From the human T2T-CHM13v2.0 reference genome, Homo sapiens, in assembly GCF_009914755.1 (NCBI RefSeq), contig NC_060930.1: 64,000 bases of DNA. The stretch is one strand, 5' to 3'. Numbering within the stretch: position 1 is the stretch's first letter; the number at the start of each line of letters is the position of its first letter. The notes below the pieces were generated by a model, which saw only the letters and a list, made by a program, of their open reading frames with translations, made no database searches and had not been told where the DNA came from. The position numbers and the translations under genes were made by a program. Of this stretch, positions 1 to 16,602 are shown piece by piece.

Positions 1-38
1 ACGGTGAAACCTGGTCTCTACTAAAAATACAAAAAATT
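1..38 (+). mobile_element. End of an Alu left monomer plus A-rich linker, cut by the window edge
   Basis: ACGGTGAAACCTGGTCTCTACTAAAAATACAAAAAATT matches the AluY left-arm end and linker. No right arm follows directly. Confidence 0.85.
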
Positions 39-850
<812 letters not shown>

Positions 851-1433
851 TTTTTAAAAACTGGAATGTACAAAGCCATAGATATATGAAATTTTAAGTA
901 GTTCCATATGACTGGAGGGTGTAGTATGCGAAAAAGAGTGAAAGGAAATGAAGTTAGAAGAGTAATCGTGGTGTTATTTCACTTGTTGGCTCCATATGCC
1001 ATGATAAAGAATCTGGATTTGATTCTCTATAGGAATTAATTGAAAAATGACCTCACAGAAACAAAAATAAATAAGTTCATAGTATTTCACCTCAAACTGT
1101 CCTTCACAAGAAATTTGTGCCCTGACGTTGTCTTTCTACTTGTAAAATTATTCAGCACAACTGGAAGGGTAGGAAGGTTGTCAAAAATAAATACTGAAGA
1201 TAAAGAAATCTGGATCTATTCAATATACAACACCTAGTTTTTGTCGGTCTTGTTTTATTTTGCTTTGCTATGTTTTGCTTGATTTTTATTGCCAATGATG
1301 TTTCAGGCGAACTAACATGCTTTTAAGATACAGACATACTCTTAATGTTTACATTCTAAGTGTTATTACTTTTCAGTAAAAGATGAATGGGTTAAATCAC
1401 AGCCTTTGGGTAATAATTATTATAACTATTTAG

Positions 1434-1852
<419 letters not shown>

Positions 1853-3059
1853 GAGTATAATGTCTACGTCTTAAACAATAAAAATCAGGCTCAGGAAAGT
1901 TGACGTACTCAAATTCAAAATGTAGTAAAGAGGATTCTAAAAAAAGAGAATTAAAAATCAGTAAAGAATATTGTTTTGCGAGCACATCCTGATGTTTTCC
2001 CAACATTCACTGTGTAGATCAATGATGTCCTGAGTCTTGGCCAACTCTGCACACATTCTGCGCAGACTGAAGCAAAGACTAAATGTGAATTTGGTCAATA
2101 TCTTAACTTTACACATTAACGATGTAAACACTTTTTTAATTATTTTCAAAATTCTCACTGGAGAGAGTCCTGCATTTTTTTTTCTTTTTAAATAATGTCT
2201 TTGCCTTGAAGATGCAAACACAATCTGGGATTCAGTAATCAAATGTTAGCCGAACTTACCTTGCAAGCAAAGTAGGTCATTTTAATTGGAGAACACTTAG
2301 TTTTGTTTACTATTTTGATGAGTTTATCAAAATACGTGTTTAGAGGCAGATGCTCTATCTCATGCAAGTGCAAAATCAGCCAAATGGGCACAGTGTAGAA
2401 GAATCACAGTACTCTCACCATTGGTGGGCATAACCATAGAGAGTACTTCTAAGAATTAATAGGACTTTAGGGCTGCTTACATACTCTTTGCTGAGGCATA
2501 TACAACATAAAGGTCATTATTCCCTGTCTCCAGTCAGAAATCTTCAGGAAATTATACATGACTCAGAATTGACCATGTGAGAGTGAATTCTTAGAAGAGC
2601 CTGAAACTTGCTGAGTTCCAATGAGGGTAACTTTAGCATGAACACAGAAACAGCATATATGGATACAGGAGCTGTTGTAGAGCAGGAATCCCTGATCACA
2701 ATAAAGAGTAATCTTATGGTAAGAATTGTTCTGAGCAGAGGTTGAAATATCAAGGAATGGTTCACAGAACTGATACTTTTAGTGTAAAATGTTCTGTAAT
2801 ATAAATTGTGGGCTTTTATGGATTTCCAGAATAATATTTTCTCTATTCACACCAAAACTAGATATTTAGAGTTAGATTTCTATATTTCACATTTTATTTT
2901 CAAATCTGGACCTTGTTGAGATCTTATATCTTAATTTCCTGTGATATTTTTCTTAACACTTGAAAATAAAAGCATTTGGGGCTGATTTTATATTTTTTCC
3001 TGAATATGAAATAGACTTTGGGAATAAATTAAACTTAAACATACACACTAAGTTTCATC

Positions 3060-3770
3060 ATATGTAAGTAGGTTTCTTCTATTTATGATTTAGAATGTTA
3101 GCGTTCTGGTTAAATTTATTAAATGCCTTTGCAGTTTCTTTTGATATGATTTGTGGATTTTTTCTTTAATATTTAACAAAATTGTGCTGATGGATTTATA
3201 ATAATGAGGTACTCTTGAACTACTGGAATATATATTACTGAAGATATTATTTAACTACACTGCTCTTTGCTAGTACTTTATTTGTAAAGTTTTTCATTTT
3301 TCATTATAGGGTTTTCATGCAATTGTATTTTTGTACTCTTGACAGATACCAAGTTTTGGTATTAAAATTATGTTGACATCAGAAAGTAAATGGAGAGTGT
3401 TTAAGTTAGTATAGATAAGCTCATTCTGCAGAAACAAACAGAAAATTTTGGCTCAACACATTTGAAATACTAGTGGTCTTTCTGGAAGAAGGCATAGAAA
3501 CATTACAAAAAAAATGAACTGACTATTAGATGTGTCTGGACATGAAACTCATCACTTCTGCTCATATTTAATTCACCAAAGCAGGTCACGTGCTCAGTCA
3601 TGACTGATCTCAACAAGATGGGGAATGTGTTTCTCCCCAAAGAAGGTCATCGGATAGGGTGAACATTAATTTGATTTATCTAAACAATTTTCTATGGCTT
3701 AAAATGGTTATCTCTAATAATCATTTCAATAACTCAGCTGTAATTCAATTTACTCCTGGTTCCTTTTATG
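3060..3770 (-). mobile_element. Highly diverged L1M ORF2 fragment, interrupted by an LTR
   Basis: TTTTGGTATTAAAATTATGTTGACATCAGAAAGTAAATGGAGAG resembles antisense ORF2 TTTGGTATCAGGATGATGCTGGCCTCATAAAATGAGTTAGGGAG (compare 33010-33053). Confidence 0.45.
3400..3670 (-). mobile_element. MaLR LTR fragment (MLT1J/K-like)
   Basis: CATCACTTCTGCTCATATT...CAAAGCAGGTCACGTG motif, typical of antisense MLT1 LTRs (recalled). Confidence 0.45.
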
Positions 3771-4057
3771 TATGCAGACAGATAGAGAGTAGACAGATAG
3801 AGATATGATAAATATACATATATGTAGATATAGAAATAGGACTTTGTGTGTGTGTGTGATTCGAGTATCTTAATTTGATCTGTGAGCCTTCTGTTGAATG
3901 CCCTCTGGGATAGTTTGCCTCATTTTATATAGAAATACTTATTTTTCATTAAGCACAAATGGAGATCACCTCCTTGCATAGAAAACTTAGCTTATCCATC
4001 TGGGCAAAAAATAGTTACTACATGAAGATTTCTGCTAAAAATATCAATTTACTTCTT

Positions 4058-7889
<3,832 letters not shown>

Positions 7890-8044
7890 ATTTACTTCTT
7901 ATGTACTTAAAATCTTAAGCATGTGGTTTCTCTTTCAGTGAGAAAGGATAATGTGGCTGTTTGATGAAGACTGAGCATTTGACAATATGTGATATTTGAG
8001 ACAATCTAATGGAGCCATAATTTACAAGAGAATCCTAAGCATAG

Positions 8045-8320
8045 CAATTCTGTGTTTGAATTCTGACACTAGACTGGCTGGGTACAATTCAGGCATCACA
8101 ACTTATGAGCTGTGTGTTTTTGAGCAAGTCTTTTAATGGAAATGGTCCTTAATTCTATAGATTGCAAAATGAGAATAATACAAATCTCTCTCTTAATTCT
8201 ATCATTTGCAAAATGAGAATAAACACATCCCTCATATTTTAGGTCTAATAAACCAGAAACACACCTGTTGTGTAAAATCTTTATGGTCCATGGCACACAT
8301 ATAGGATAATAAATATTGTT
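8045..8320 (+). mobile_element. MIR with an internal ~44-bp duplication
   Basis: MIR-like core TGTGTTTGAATTCTG...GCTGTGTG...GCAAGTC...AAAATGAGAATAA. Confidence 0.55.
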
Positions 8321-9084
8321 GAAAACAGAAGGTTTCTTTCTGTCCTGTTTTTAAGCTTTCACTCTTTCAGAGAAATCTCTTCCACATGTTAAAGTTACAT
8401 TTTTGGTTTACATAGAAGGTAATCAGAAAAAAAATCAATTTAACTGTAGTTTGAGTATGAATTTATATATTCAAAAAACATACATTCAGAATCTATTTAC
8501 TAGATTTTAATCTAGTGCTCCTAATATGTTGCCTCTTGTATTTAGTAGCAAAAAAAATGAATGTCTCTTCAGATAAAAAGCACAATATAACTAGGATCCA
8601 CTTTTACTTTTCTTCTAGAAAATCTGTAACCAAATCAGTCCTTATATGAATAAATTAACTTATTCCAGTTACATAGTGACATCCACAACTTTGCTTCTAA
8701 TAATCAATCTTATTTTCATTGTATTTTTAATTTTCCCATTTTGTTTTGTTTAATTTTACACTATATCACAATTAAAAGAGTATGAAGGATATTGACAAAA
8801 TAAATCAACAACAGAGTTCAGCTATAATATAATAATACAATAACAGAGTTCAGTTCAAACATAAAATTGCTATTCTTAGCTAAAATGTGGAGTGGTATGA
8901 ACGTAAACATACAAGTCCATTTTGTACAAGTTGATACTGCTATTGATAAAATTGTTGATGTATATTTAGTGTCTTCCTTTTTTCTTAACTATATATGTTT
9001 AAGGATTTTTAACAGTAAATGTATTTTTGTAATCTTGTAAACAGAGGTATATTAAATAAGTAACAATCAGCTTTTAGTGGGCCA

Positions 9085-9402
9085 AAATGCTAGCTGCTTG
9101 GTAGTGTTTGCTGATTTTGAGCTATCACAATGAAGTCACTAAAAGTGGTACTGAGAAGAGATGTTCAGTACCCTACTAGAAAATGGTGTTTCTAGTATAA
9201 AATGCAATAAACGTAAGTAACCTCAAGAGCATAGATAACACTAAAATGTATTAACATAATCAATACATAATTATTTAGAATTTATTACTCTTGCTTTAAC
9301 ATATCTGTTAGTTTATGTAATTTAATATTTAATCATGAGCATGTTCAACTCGCAAAATTCCTGAAACCCAGGCAGGTATAAGCCAATTGTAGCACACAAT
9401 GG
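9085..9402. mobile_element. hAT-Tip100 DNA transposon fragment (Arthur1-like)
   Basis: AACCTCAAGAGCATAGATAA and terminal GCAAAATTCCTGAAA...TAAGCCAATTGTAGCACACAATG resemble the recalled Arthur1 end. Confidence 0.5.
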
Positions 9403-9963
9403 CTCACACATATCAATATACGTGTTTTAAGTACCTTTCAACTGAATATGTTTATACTTTCGCATATGTTTGCCCAAATTTCAAAAAATGCCTTTCAGTT
9501 CTCTTTCAGAATGACTATTTCAGATTTCAATTGGATTGAAACAATGACTTGGCATTCTCAAGGTATAAACCTCAGTTTTCCTCTGTTCTCTAAACTAATT
9601 TAGAGAAAGTAAATTGACTGTGGATAATTATTCAGTTTGACATCTCATATCTCTTTTAAACAAGCTGATGTGATGGAATTCCTGCTTTCACACAGGGCTG
9701 GGAAAACACAGTGCTAACAATAATAGGAAACCCATCCATCTCTAGGACATTATATATATATATATAATTTTAAGTGCTCCTAGCCACTTTCAGATAACAC
9801 TACATTTGGAAAAAAGAGCAAGATACTTTTAGGTACTTAGTAACAAATGACAACACTTTACTGTCAGTGTCTGAACTTGGAGAAGGAGTGGGAATCAGTC
9901 ACTGTTGGCAAAGTTCTACCACTTATATAAGTGTCCTCCATACTGGTTTTATGCAGTTAAAAT

Positions 9964-10452
9964 AGGAGGAGAAGGAAAAGGAGGAGAAGGAGGAGGAGGA
10001 GAAAGAGAAAGAGAAGGAGAAAAGAAGAAGAAGAGGAAGAAGAAGAAAAGAAGAAGAAGAGAAGAAGAAGGAGGAGAATAATAGGAGGATGAAGATGAAG
10101 AAATGGAGGTTTAGGAGGAGGAGGGAGGAGAGTAGGAAGAGAAGAGGAAGAAGAAGAAGAAGAAGAAGAAGAAGAAGAAGAAGAAGAAGAAGAAGAAGAA
10201 GAAGAAGAAAAAGAAGGAGAAGGAGGAGGAGGAGGAGGAGGAGAAAGAAGAAGAGGAAGAAGAAGGAGAAAGAAGAAGAGGAAGAAGAAGAAGAAAGAGG
10301 AGGAGAAGAAGAGGAAGGAGAAGAAGCAGAGGAAGGAGAAGAAGCAGAGGAAGGAGGAGGAGGAGGAAGAGGAGAACGAAGAGGAGGAAGAAGAGGAAGG
10401 GGAGGGGGAGGGGAAGAGGAAGGGGGAGGGGGAAGAGGAGGAGGAGGAGGAG
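9964..10452 (+). repeat. Compound polypurine (GAA/GGA) tract with pure (GAA)21
   Basis: Read directly: (GAA)21 at 10147-10209, (GGA)7 at 10222-10242, 18-mer GAGGAAGGAGAAGAAGCA x2 from 10311, G-runs at 10399-10432. Confidence 0.97.
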
Positions 10453-11208
10453 TTTTGGAGATGGGTACCTGGCAGGGAAGCTAGTGGAGTCATGTTAAGA
10501 CAAGAAAGCTTCCAGTTTGACACTATTAGAGACGTCCTTTGAGGCTCAACTAGATTAATAGCTTCTTAAGGATGTATTGAAAAGTGTTATCATGTGAAAC
10601 TTTCAAAACCAGACTTACAGTGTTAGGAAATATGTTGTAAGGAACTGTTCAAATTTAGCAGGGGAAACACTAAATGAACTAATAGTCCTTTTCCTCCTCC
10701 AAATGTAATAATGCTATAATTTGTGTATTTTGGCTCAATTAGAGCAGTTCACATAAGGTTTTTAAATCCTGTATTTTTTCCCCAGGTTAACATAATGTCT
10801 GCATTTAAGCACTAAATATTTTTAATGTGAAAACTTTCGGCTGAAGAAAATGGCTACTATTTGCTACAGGGTTTGAAGCCTTCTCTCTACTTAATGTTAC
10901 TTTTACTGACACTTTAAATGAAAATAATCCAGCTATAAGGTACGTAGTTACTGAATAACAGTACTTAAAAATTATTGCTAAGACATTTGGTTTTATACTA
11001 TTCATAACACTAGACCTGTCAACAATTATGACTGTCTTTAAAATTATTTGTATAAGAAAAACGTACAATTTATGTGTGGTTGTTTTATTTTGAAAATAAG
11101 TTACTTTATGTAAGAATAATTATACATGAATGTCAGATACACAAAAACAAAGTAAAAGTAGAAATGAGGCAATAATAAGATCATTCCAAAATGTACTTTT
11201 AATTACAT

Positions 11209-12636
11209 TGTCATGGGATCCTTGGGTTATCGCTTCACCAGCTGGGAACCTCTGTGACCGGTGGCATCTCTGCCTGAGTTTTGCCTGGGTCCACTGGGCT
11301 CACTTTGCTCACTTGGCCTGACAGGCTGTGCTCGGCTGTGCTACTGGCCCAGATCTCACACCTGTCAAGGGCAAGCCAGGCGCAGAGTGGTGAGGAGTCT
11401 GGCCACTGCGCACAGACAGGCATGCCAGCTGTGGCAGGGTGGGCAGCTCCGGGTGCTGGAACAGGTGCCGGCTTCCTGCAGTGCTGCATTAGACCAGGCG
11501 TACTGCAAAAGAGGATGTCACAGCTGTGGCTTGAGGAGTTCCTAGGTCTGGGATCCCCAAAGGGCAGCAGCTCTTCTTTCCTTCTGTCTTCTCTGCTTCT
11601 CCTTGCTGGCAACTGACGAGCGCAGAGTGGGGATGTTGTTTCAACCCTGTTTCTATTAAAGCTCTTTCAGTCCCACCATTCAGCAGGTCCCAAGTTCTTG
11701 TCCCATGTCCAGGGAGAAAGAGGTAGGCAGGCAACTTGAGTGTGAGCAAGGTGAAGAGGTGCTTTAATGAGCAATGGTACAGCCCTTAGGGGACCCAAAG
11801 TGAATAGCTCCTTTCCACAGGCAGCTCATCCCAGCATCTGTGCAGCCCTCAGCAGAGAAAAGACCGACATTGGATAGCTCCTCTCCACAGGCAGGCCTTC
11901 CCATCCTCTGAGTCTGGCTAAATCCAGGCTCTTTAAGGAGGAAGGGCAAGCTGATTGGTCCATGGGCATCCATGGGCGTCTATGGGCGGCCCAGAAAAAG
12001 CACCAGAAGTTCTCACTGTAGTCTGCGGAACTGGCAGCCTGGCCCTGCGCTTTAGGCTGTCCCTGGCTTGAAGACGGAGCTTCATTAGGGGCCCATCCCT
12101 TTCTGCCCGGGGCTTGTCTGTCTCCTGCCGCCATTTATGGTGCCCAGGCTCTTCCTGCTGAGGGGTGCCTTCAGTCTAGAGATGAGCTGCCGTCAGCACC
12201 CCCTCATCCTTGCTCCCTTGCTCGTTGGGTCCAAGGTCCAGAAGGGGCCGAGACGCAGAGGACTGGTGTGTCAGCACTGCCCCGATCTCATGTACACTGG
12301 GCAGGGTTGGGACAGCACCCAGGCTTGGCCTCAACTTTGCTCCAAAATTGGAGTGGGTGCCAGAAGCAGGGAGAGGCCTTGCAGGGAAGCAGGCACTTCC
12401 AAGCCTGTGGGGACAGAGGGGTTTCCCAGGCCCCCAAGAGCACAGGGATGTCCGGGTCCGGAGCTGCAGCTGTGCTTGGGAGAGTGGGGCTCCCACCCTG
12501 CCAACTCAGACGGGGACGGGGCTTCCACCTGTTCCCAGCTCCCGCCAGCTCTGTAGAGCATGCAGCCCTGGCCGCACCTCCCCACTACAGCCAGCGTCTT
12601 CAAATCGGCTGCTCCAGACAGCCACCGCTGCCATTA
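11209..12636 (-). mobile_element. MER52(A)-type ERV1 solo LTR
   Basis: GC-rich 1.43-kb block. Ends TGTCATGGGATCCTTGGG and CCGCTGCCATTA match the reverse complement of recalled MER52 termini. 4-bp TSD ACAT at 11205-11208 and 12637-12640. Confidence 0.85.
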
Positions 12637-12929
12637 ACATGACTTCAATATAGGGCTATATTAAAAAGTATGGGGCTATAGCTACATCTTATCTATGAAT
12701 AACAGCTTTAATCATGTACTTTATTTAGAATGGATAGCATTAGAAGAACTTTTCAAATCTTAAAGGAAGAAATGGGGAAGAAAGGAAGAAACGAAGGAAA
12801 GAAAGAAGGTAGGAAGAAAAGAGAGAAGAAGGTCCTAAATAATTATTACAGTTTTTATTCCCTTACATTGAGCAGGTGATGTCTGCTGTTATAGGTTTTT
12901 AAAGGAATGGCTAGAAAATCACAACTTTC

Positions 12930-13005
12930 AAGCCCTCGGCTTCTTCCTCTATAAAATGTGAAAAGCTGATTGGATGACCTCTAAGATCTTTTCCAAGCCT
13001 AAGTT
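12930..13005 (+). mobile_element. MIR fragment
   Basis: CTCGGCTTCTTCCTCTATAAAATG...GGATGACCTCTAAGATCTTTTCCA. Confidence 0.6.
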
Positions 13006-13239
13006 ATCATTACTTTACTAATATGGATAAACCAGATAATGTATCATAAATGCTGCCAATTTGAATTAACATTTTTATTTTTTAAAAAAATGATGATAAT
13101 ATAAGCACAGAACCTGAGTCTTATATTTCCTCTAGCTTCTCTCTTATTTTCTTTCTTTGCTTTCAATCAGGAACATCAGAAAAGTTAAATACACCTCTTT
13201 TTAAATAAGAACCTACCACTAAATTATTTTTCAGTTAAC

Positions 13240-13530
13240 CATAATCTTCTTTCTATCCCTACCATTCACTAAAGTTGCTTCTGCTAAAATTACCCACCGT
13301 CTTCTAATTTCCTAATCCAATGAATACTTCTAAATTTGATCTTATTACTTTGTAGTATTTGATAATGTTAGTCTTGTCTAACCTTCTTAAACAGGTTTCT
13401 TACCCTGACTTCCTTTTCAACTTTGTACCTCAAAAACCTAGCCCAGTGCTTAGAAAAAAAAAAAAAAAGAAAGAAAGAAAAAGAAAAAGAAAAAAAAAGC
13501 TCTATCAAAATATTAGTTGAGTAAATGAAG
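13240..13530 (+). mobile_element. L2 fragments, including the 3' end
   Basis: L2-like pyrimidine-rich body and terminal CCTAGCCCAGTGCT...AATATTAGTTGAGTAAATGAA. Confidence 0.55.
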
Positions 13531-14869
13531 TGCTAAGTGATTTTAAAACAATCCCTTCTCAAGTTAGTTTTGGTCATGTCATCCAAGATATGTTCTTCCT
13601 AAGCATTACGTTAATATTCAACAATGATACTCATCAACTAAAGAGTAAGGGATACCAAAATGACCTTTCAGTTTTTGCTTTTCATAACTTGGAATTTTGG
13701 TATATTTTTCCTACCTACTTGGGCTCCACCTTGGCTTCCTCTCTCTCCAGACTGTCCCAGACCTGGCACTGAGTGTGGCCGCTCAGCTTTCATCATTTGT
13801 TCTGGCCAGCGGAATGTTCCCTCTGATGCACCTCCCTTGGCTGGCTGTTGCTCCCTACTTTCATTTTCACTACGGGTACAGCCATTCACCAGCTTCCACT
13901 GGAAACATTTTTCCAGACATTCCTTTAGGATTAGTGCCATTTTCATAACTGGCCGCTGGGTTCTGTAACTATTTTTCATACTTCCCTATTCTCAAATTTG
14001 TCTTTTTCAGCTTTATAATGACAGTAAAGAGGTTTTTTTTTTTTTGCACATTACTTTGCTTTTATCCTTATGAAAAGCATGTATTTTATTTACTCTTGTG
14101 TAAGAAAACAATTTTTGCTCAATGTAACTTTCTATCTCTTGTTTTTCTATTTTTTCTTTCTGTTCGTATTTCTTCTTCTTGGGATTCTTCATAAAGAAGT
14201 GTTTTGATTTGACAAAAGTCTTAATCATGGTCTTTAAATTTAAAAAAAAGATTTATTTAGTCCTCAACCACAATGATAAGAGATTCTGTCTTTTCCACTT
14301 GAGATTACTTGTAAGCGACAATAAAAATGTATAGCCCTCTATGATTTCTATAAAATTTCTTGGGATATTAAACCCTGATTATCTTCTTTTATTGATTGAA
14401 ATATGAGCTCAGTGTTGTCCTTTGATAAACTTCTTACCTTTTCCCACATTGTTCTTTTCACTTGGATTACAACTAGATGGGAAATAAAGGTGGAGTCTCC
14501 CCTCTTCCCAATCCCATTTGAAGTATCTGTGACTCCCTATCTCTGATTTGGAAACATATTTATTTTCCTCTGAATAAATTACCTACTGAAGAATTTTTCA
14601 GAAAATCAAAGTTAGTTTTTCAAAATCTGACTGTAGTAGAAAAGTTTACAGAATGGTAAGATTTACCGTGGTCTAGATGTCTTCTGTGTTCTTCTTGCAG
14701 TAAACTATCTGACTCTAGCGGCTTTCTTCCTATGCTGCTTTTCAAACACGTAAGAGCTGAAGACTCTCCAATAAAGTAACCATAGGAACATAGAGTTTTC
14801 TTTAAGTATTTCATTTCTCTAGAGTTTTTGTATGGGCTTGAAGTTATCTTAAAATAAAATATAATAATG

Positions 14870-14996
14870 AATGTAAATGATGAGTTGATGGGTGCAACAA
14901 ACCAACATGGCATATGTACACCTATGTAACAAACCTGCACATTTGCACATGTACCCTAGAACTTAAGGAATAATAATTATATATATACATATATAT
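14870..14996 (+). mobile_element. Extreme 3' stub of an L1PA (PA6-like) with (TA)n tail
   Basis: AATGTAAATGATGAGTTGATGGGTGCA...GTACCCTAGAACTTAA. Candidate TSD ATATAATAA at 14859-14867 and 14997-15005. Confidence 0.85.
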
Positions 14997-16602
14997 ATAT
15001 AATAACTATAAGAAGTTTTATATAAGCCCCATGGTAACCACACACAAAAAATCTTCTATTAGATACATGAAAGGTAAAGTGAAAGTGATCAAAGGATACT
15101 GCTACAAAAATTCAACCAATTACAAAGTAAGACAGCAATACTGGAAGAAAGGAATCAAAGAACTACAAACATGCAGTAAATGATTTACAAAATAACAATA
15201 GTAAGTCCTTATATATCAATAATTATATGTAAACAGATTGGATTTTTCAATCAAAAGACATAAAATAATTGAATTGATAAAATGCCAAGATAAGGCAACA
15301 TGCTGCCTTCAAGAGACTCACGTTAGACTTAAGGACACAAATAGGCTAAAAATGGAGGGAAACAAAACGATATTCCATGCAAATGGTAACCAAAAAAGAG
15401 CAGGGAAGGCTGTACTTATTTCAGACAAAATAGAATTTCAAACTTTGTCAGAAGAGACAAGTAAGGCCACTATATAATGATAAAGGGATTAAGTTATCAA
15501 GAGAATATAAAAACCGTAAATAAATATGCACCCAACATCAGTGCACCTAAATATATAAAGCAAATATTAACAGGATTAAAGGAGAAATAGACAGCAATAC
15601 AATAATAATAGTAGACTTGACTACCCTATGTTCAACATTCGATAGATCACCCAGGCAGAAAATCAATAAGGAAAATCTGGACTTGAATAACACAGTAATA
15701 AACCAAAAGCACCTAAAAAACATATATAGAACACTCCATCTAAGATCAGGAGAATATACATTTTTCTCCAGCACACAAATATCATTCTTCTGTATAGGTC
15801 ACATGTTGGGGAACAAAACAAGTCTTGATAAATTTAAGAAGATTGGAATCATCTCAAGTACCTTTTTTACCACAATGATATAAAACTAAAAAGGAGGAAT
15901 TTTGGAAAATCTACAAATATGTGGAAGTGAAATAACATGCTTCTGAACAAAAAATGGATTAAAAATAAATTGAAAGGGAAGTCAAAAAGTATTTGAGACA
16001 AATGAAAATAGAAATACAACATACCAAAACTTGTGGGATGCAGTGCTAAAAGGGAAGTTTATAGCAATTAATGTATACATAAATAAAACAGAATTACCTC
16101 AAATAAACAATCTAAGTTCACACCTCAAGAAACCAGAAAAAGAAAAAAAAAACTAAGCCCAAAGTCAACAGAGGGAAGAAATTAATAAAGTTTAGAGAAA
16201 AATTAAATGAAATAGAGGCTACATAGACAATAGAAAGGATCAAGAAAATTATGTTAGGTTTTTTAAAAGGATTGATGAAGTTAACAAAACTTCAGAAAGA
16301 CTAACCAAGAAAAAAATGAGAAAAGACTCAAATAAAAAAAAAGGAGACATTACAACTGATATCATATGAAACAGAGGATCATAGGAGACTACTACAAACA
16401 ATTATAGGCTAACAAACTGGATAACTTAGAAGAAATGAACAAATTCCTAGAAACATACAACCTACCAGGACTGAATCATTAAGAAATAGAAACTCTGAAT
16501 ACACAAGTAATAAGTAAGAAGAATGAATTAGTAATCAAAATATTCCTATGAAAGAAAGGCCCAGGACCAGATAACCTCATAGGTTAATTCTATCAAACAT
16601 TT

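Noticed and set aside
9957-10523. 188-aa and 131-aa ORFs rich in S/F/P or R/E/G
   Set aside because: Artefacts of a stop-free purine repeat.
11130-12653. Dense cluster of overlapping 60-147-aa ORFs
   Set aside because: They lie almost entirely in the GC-rich solo LTR, where stop codons are rare; no gag, pol or env motifs.
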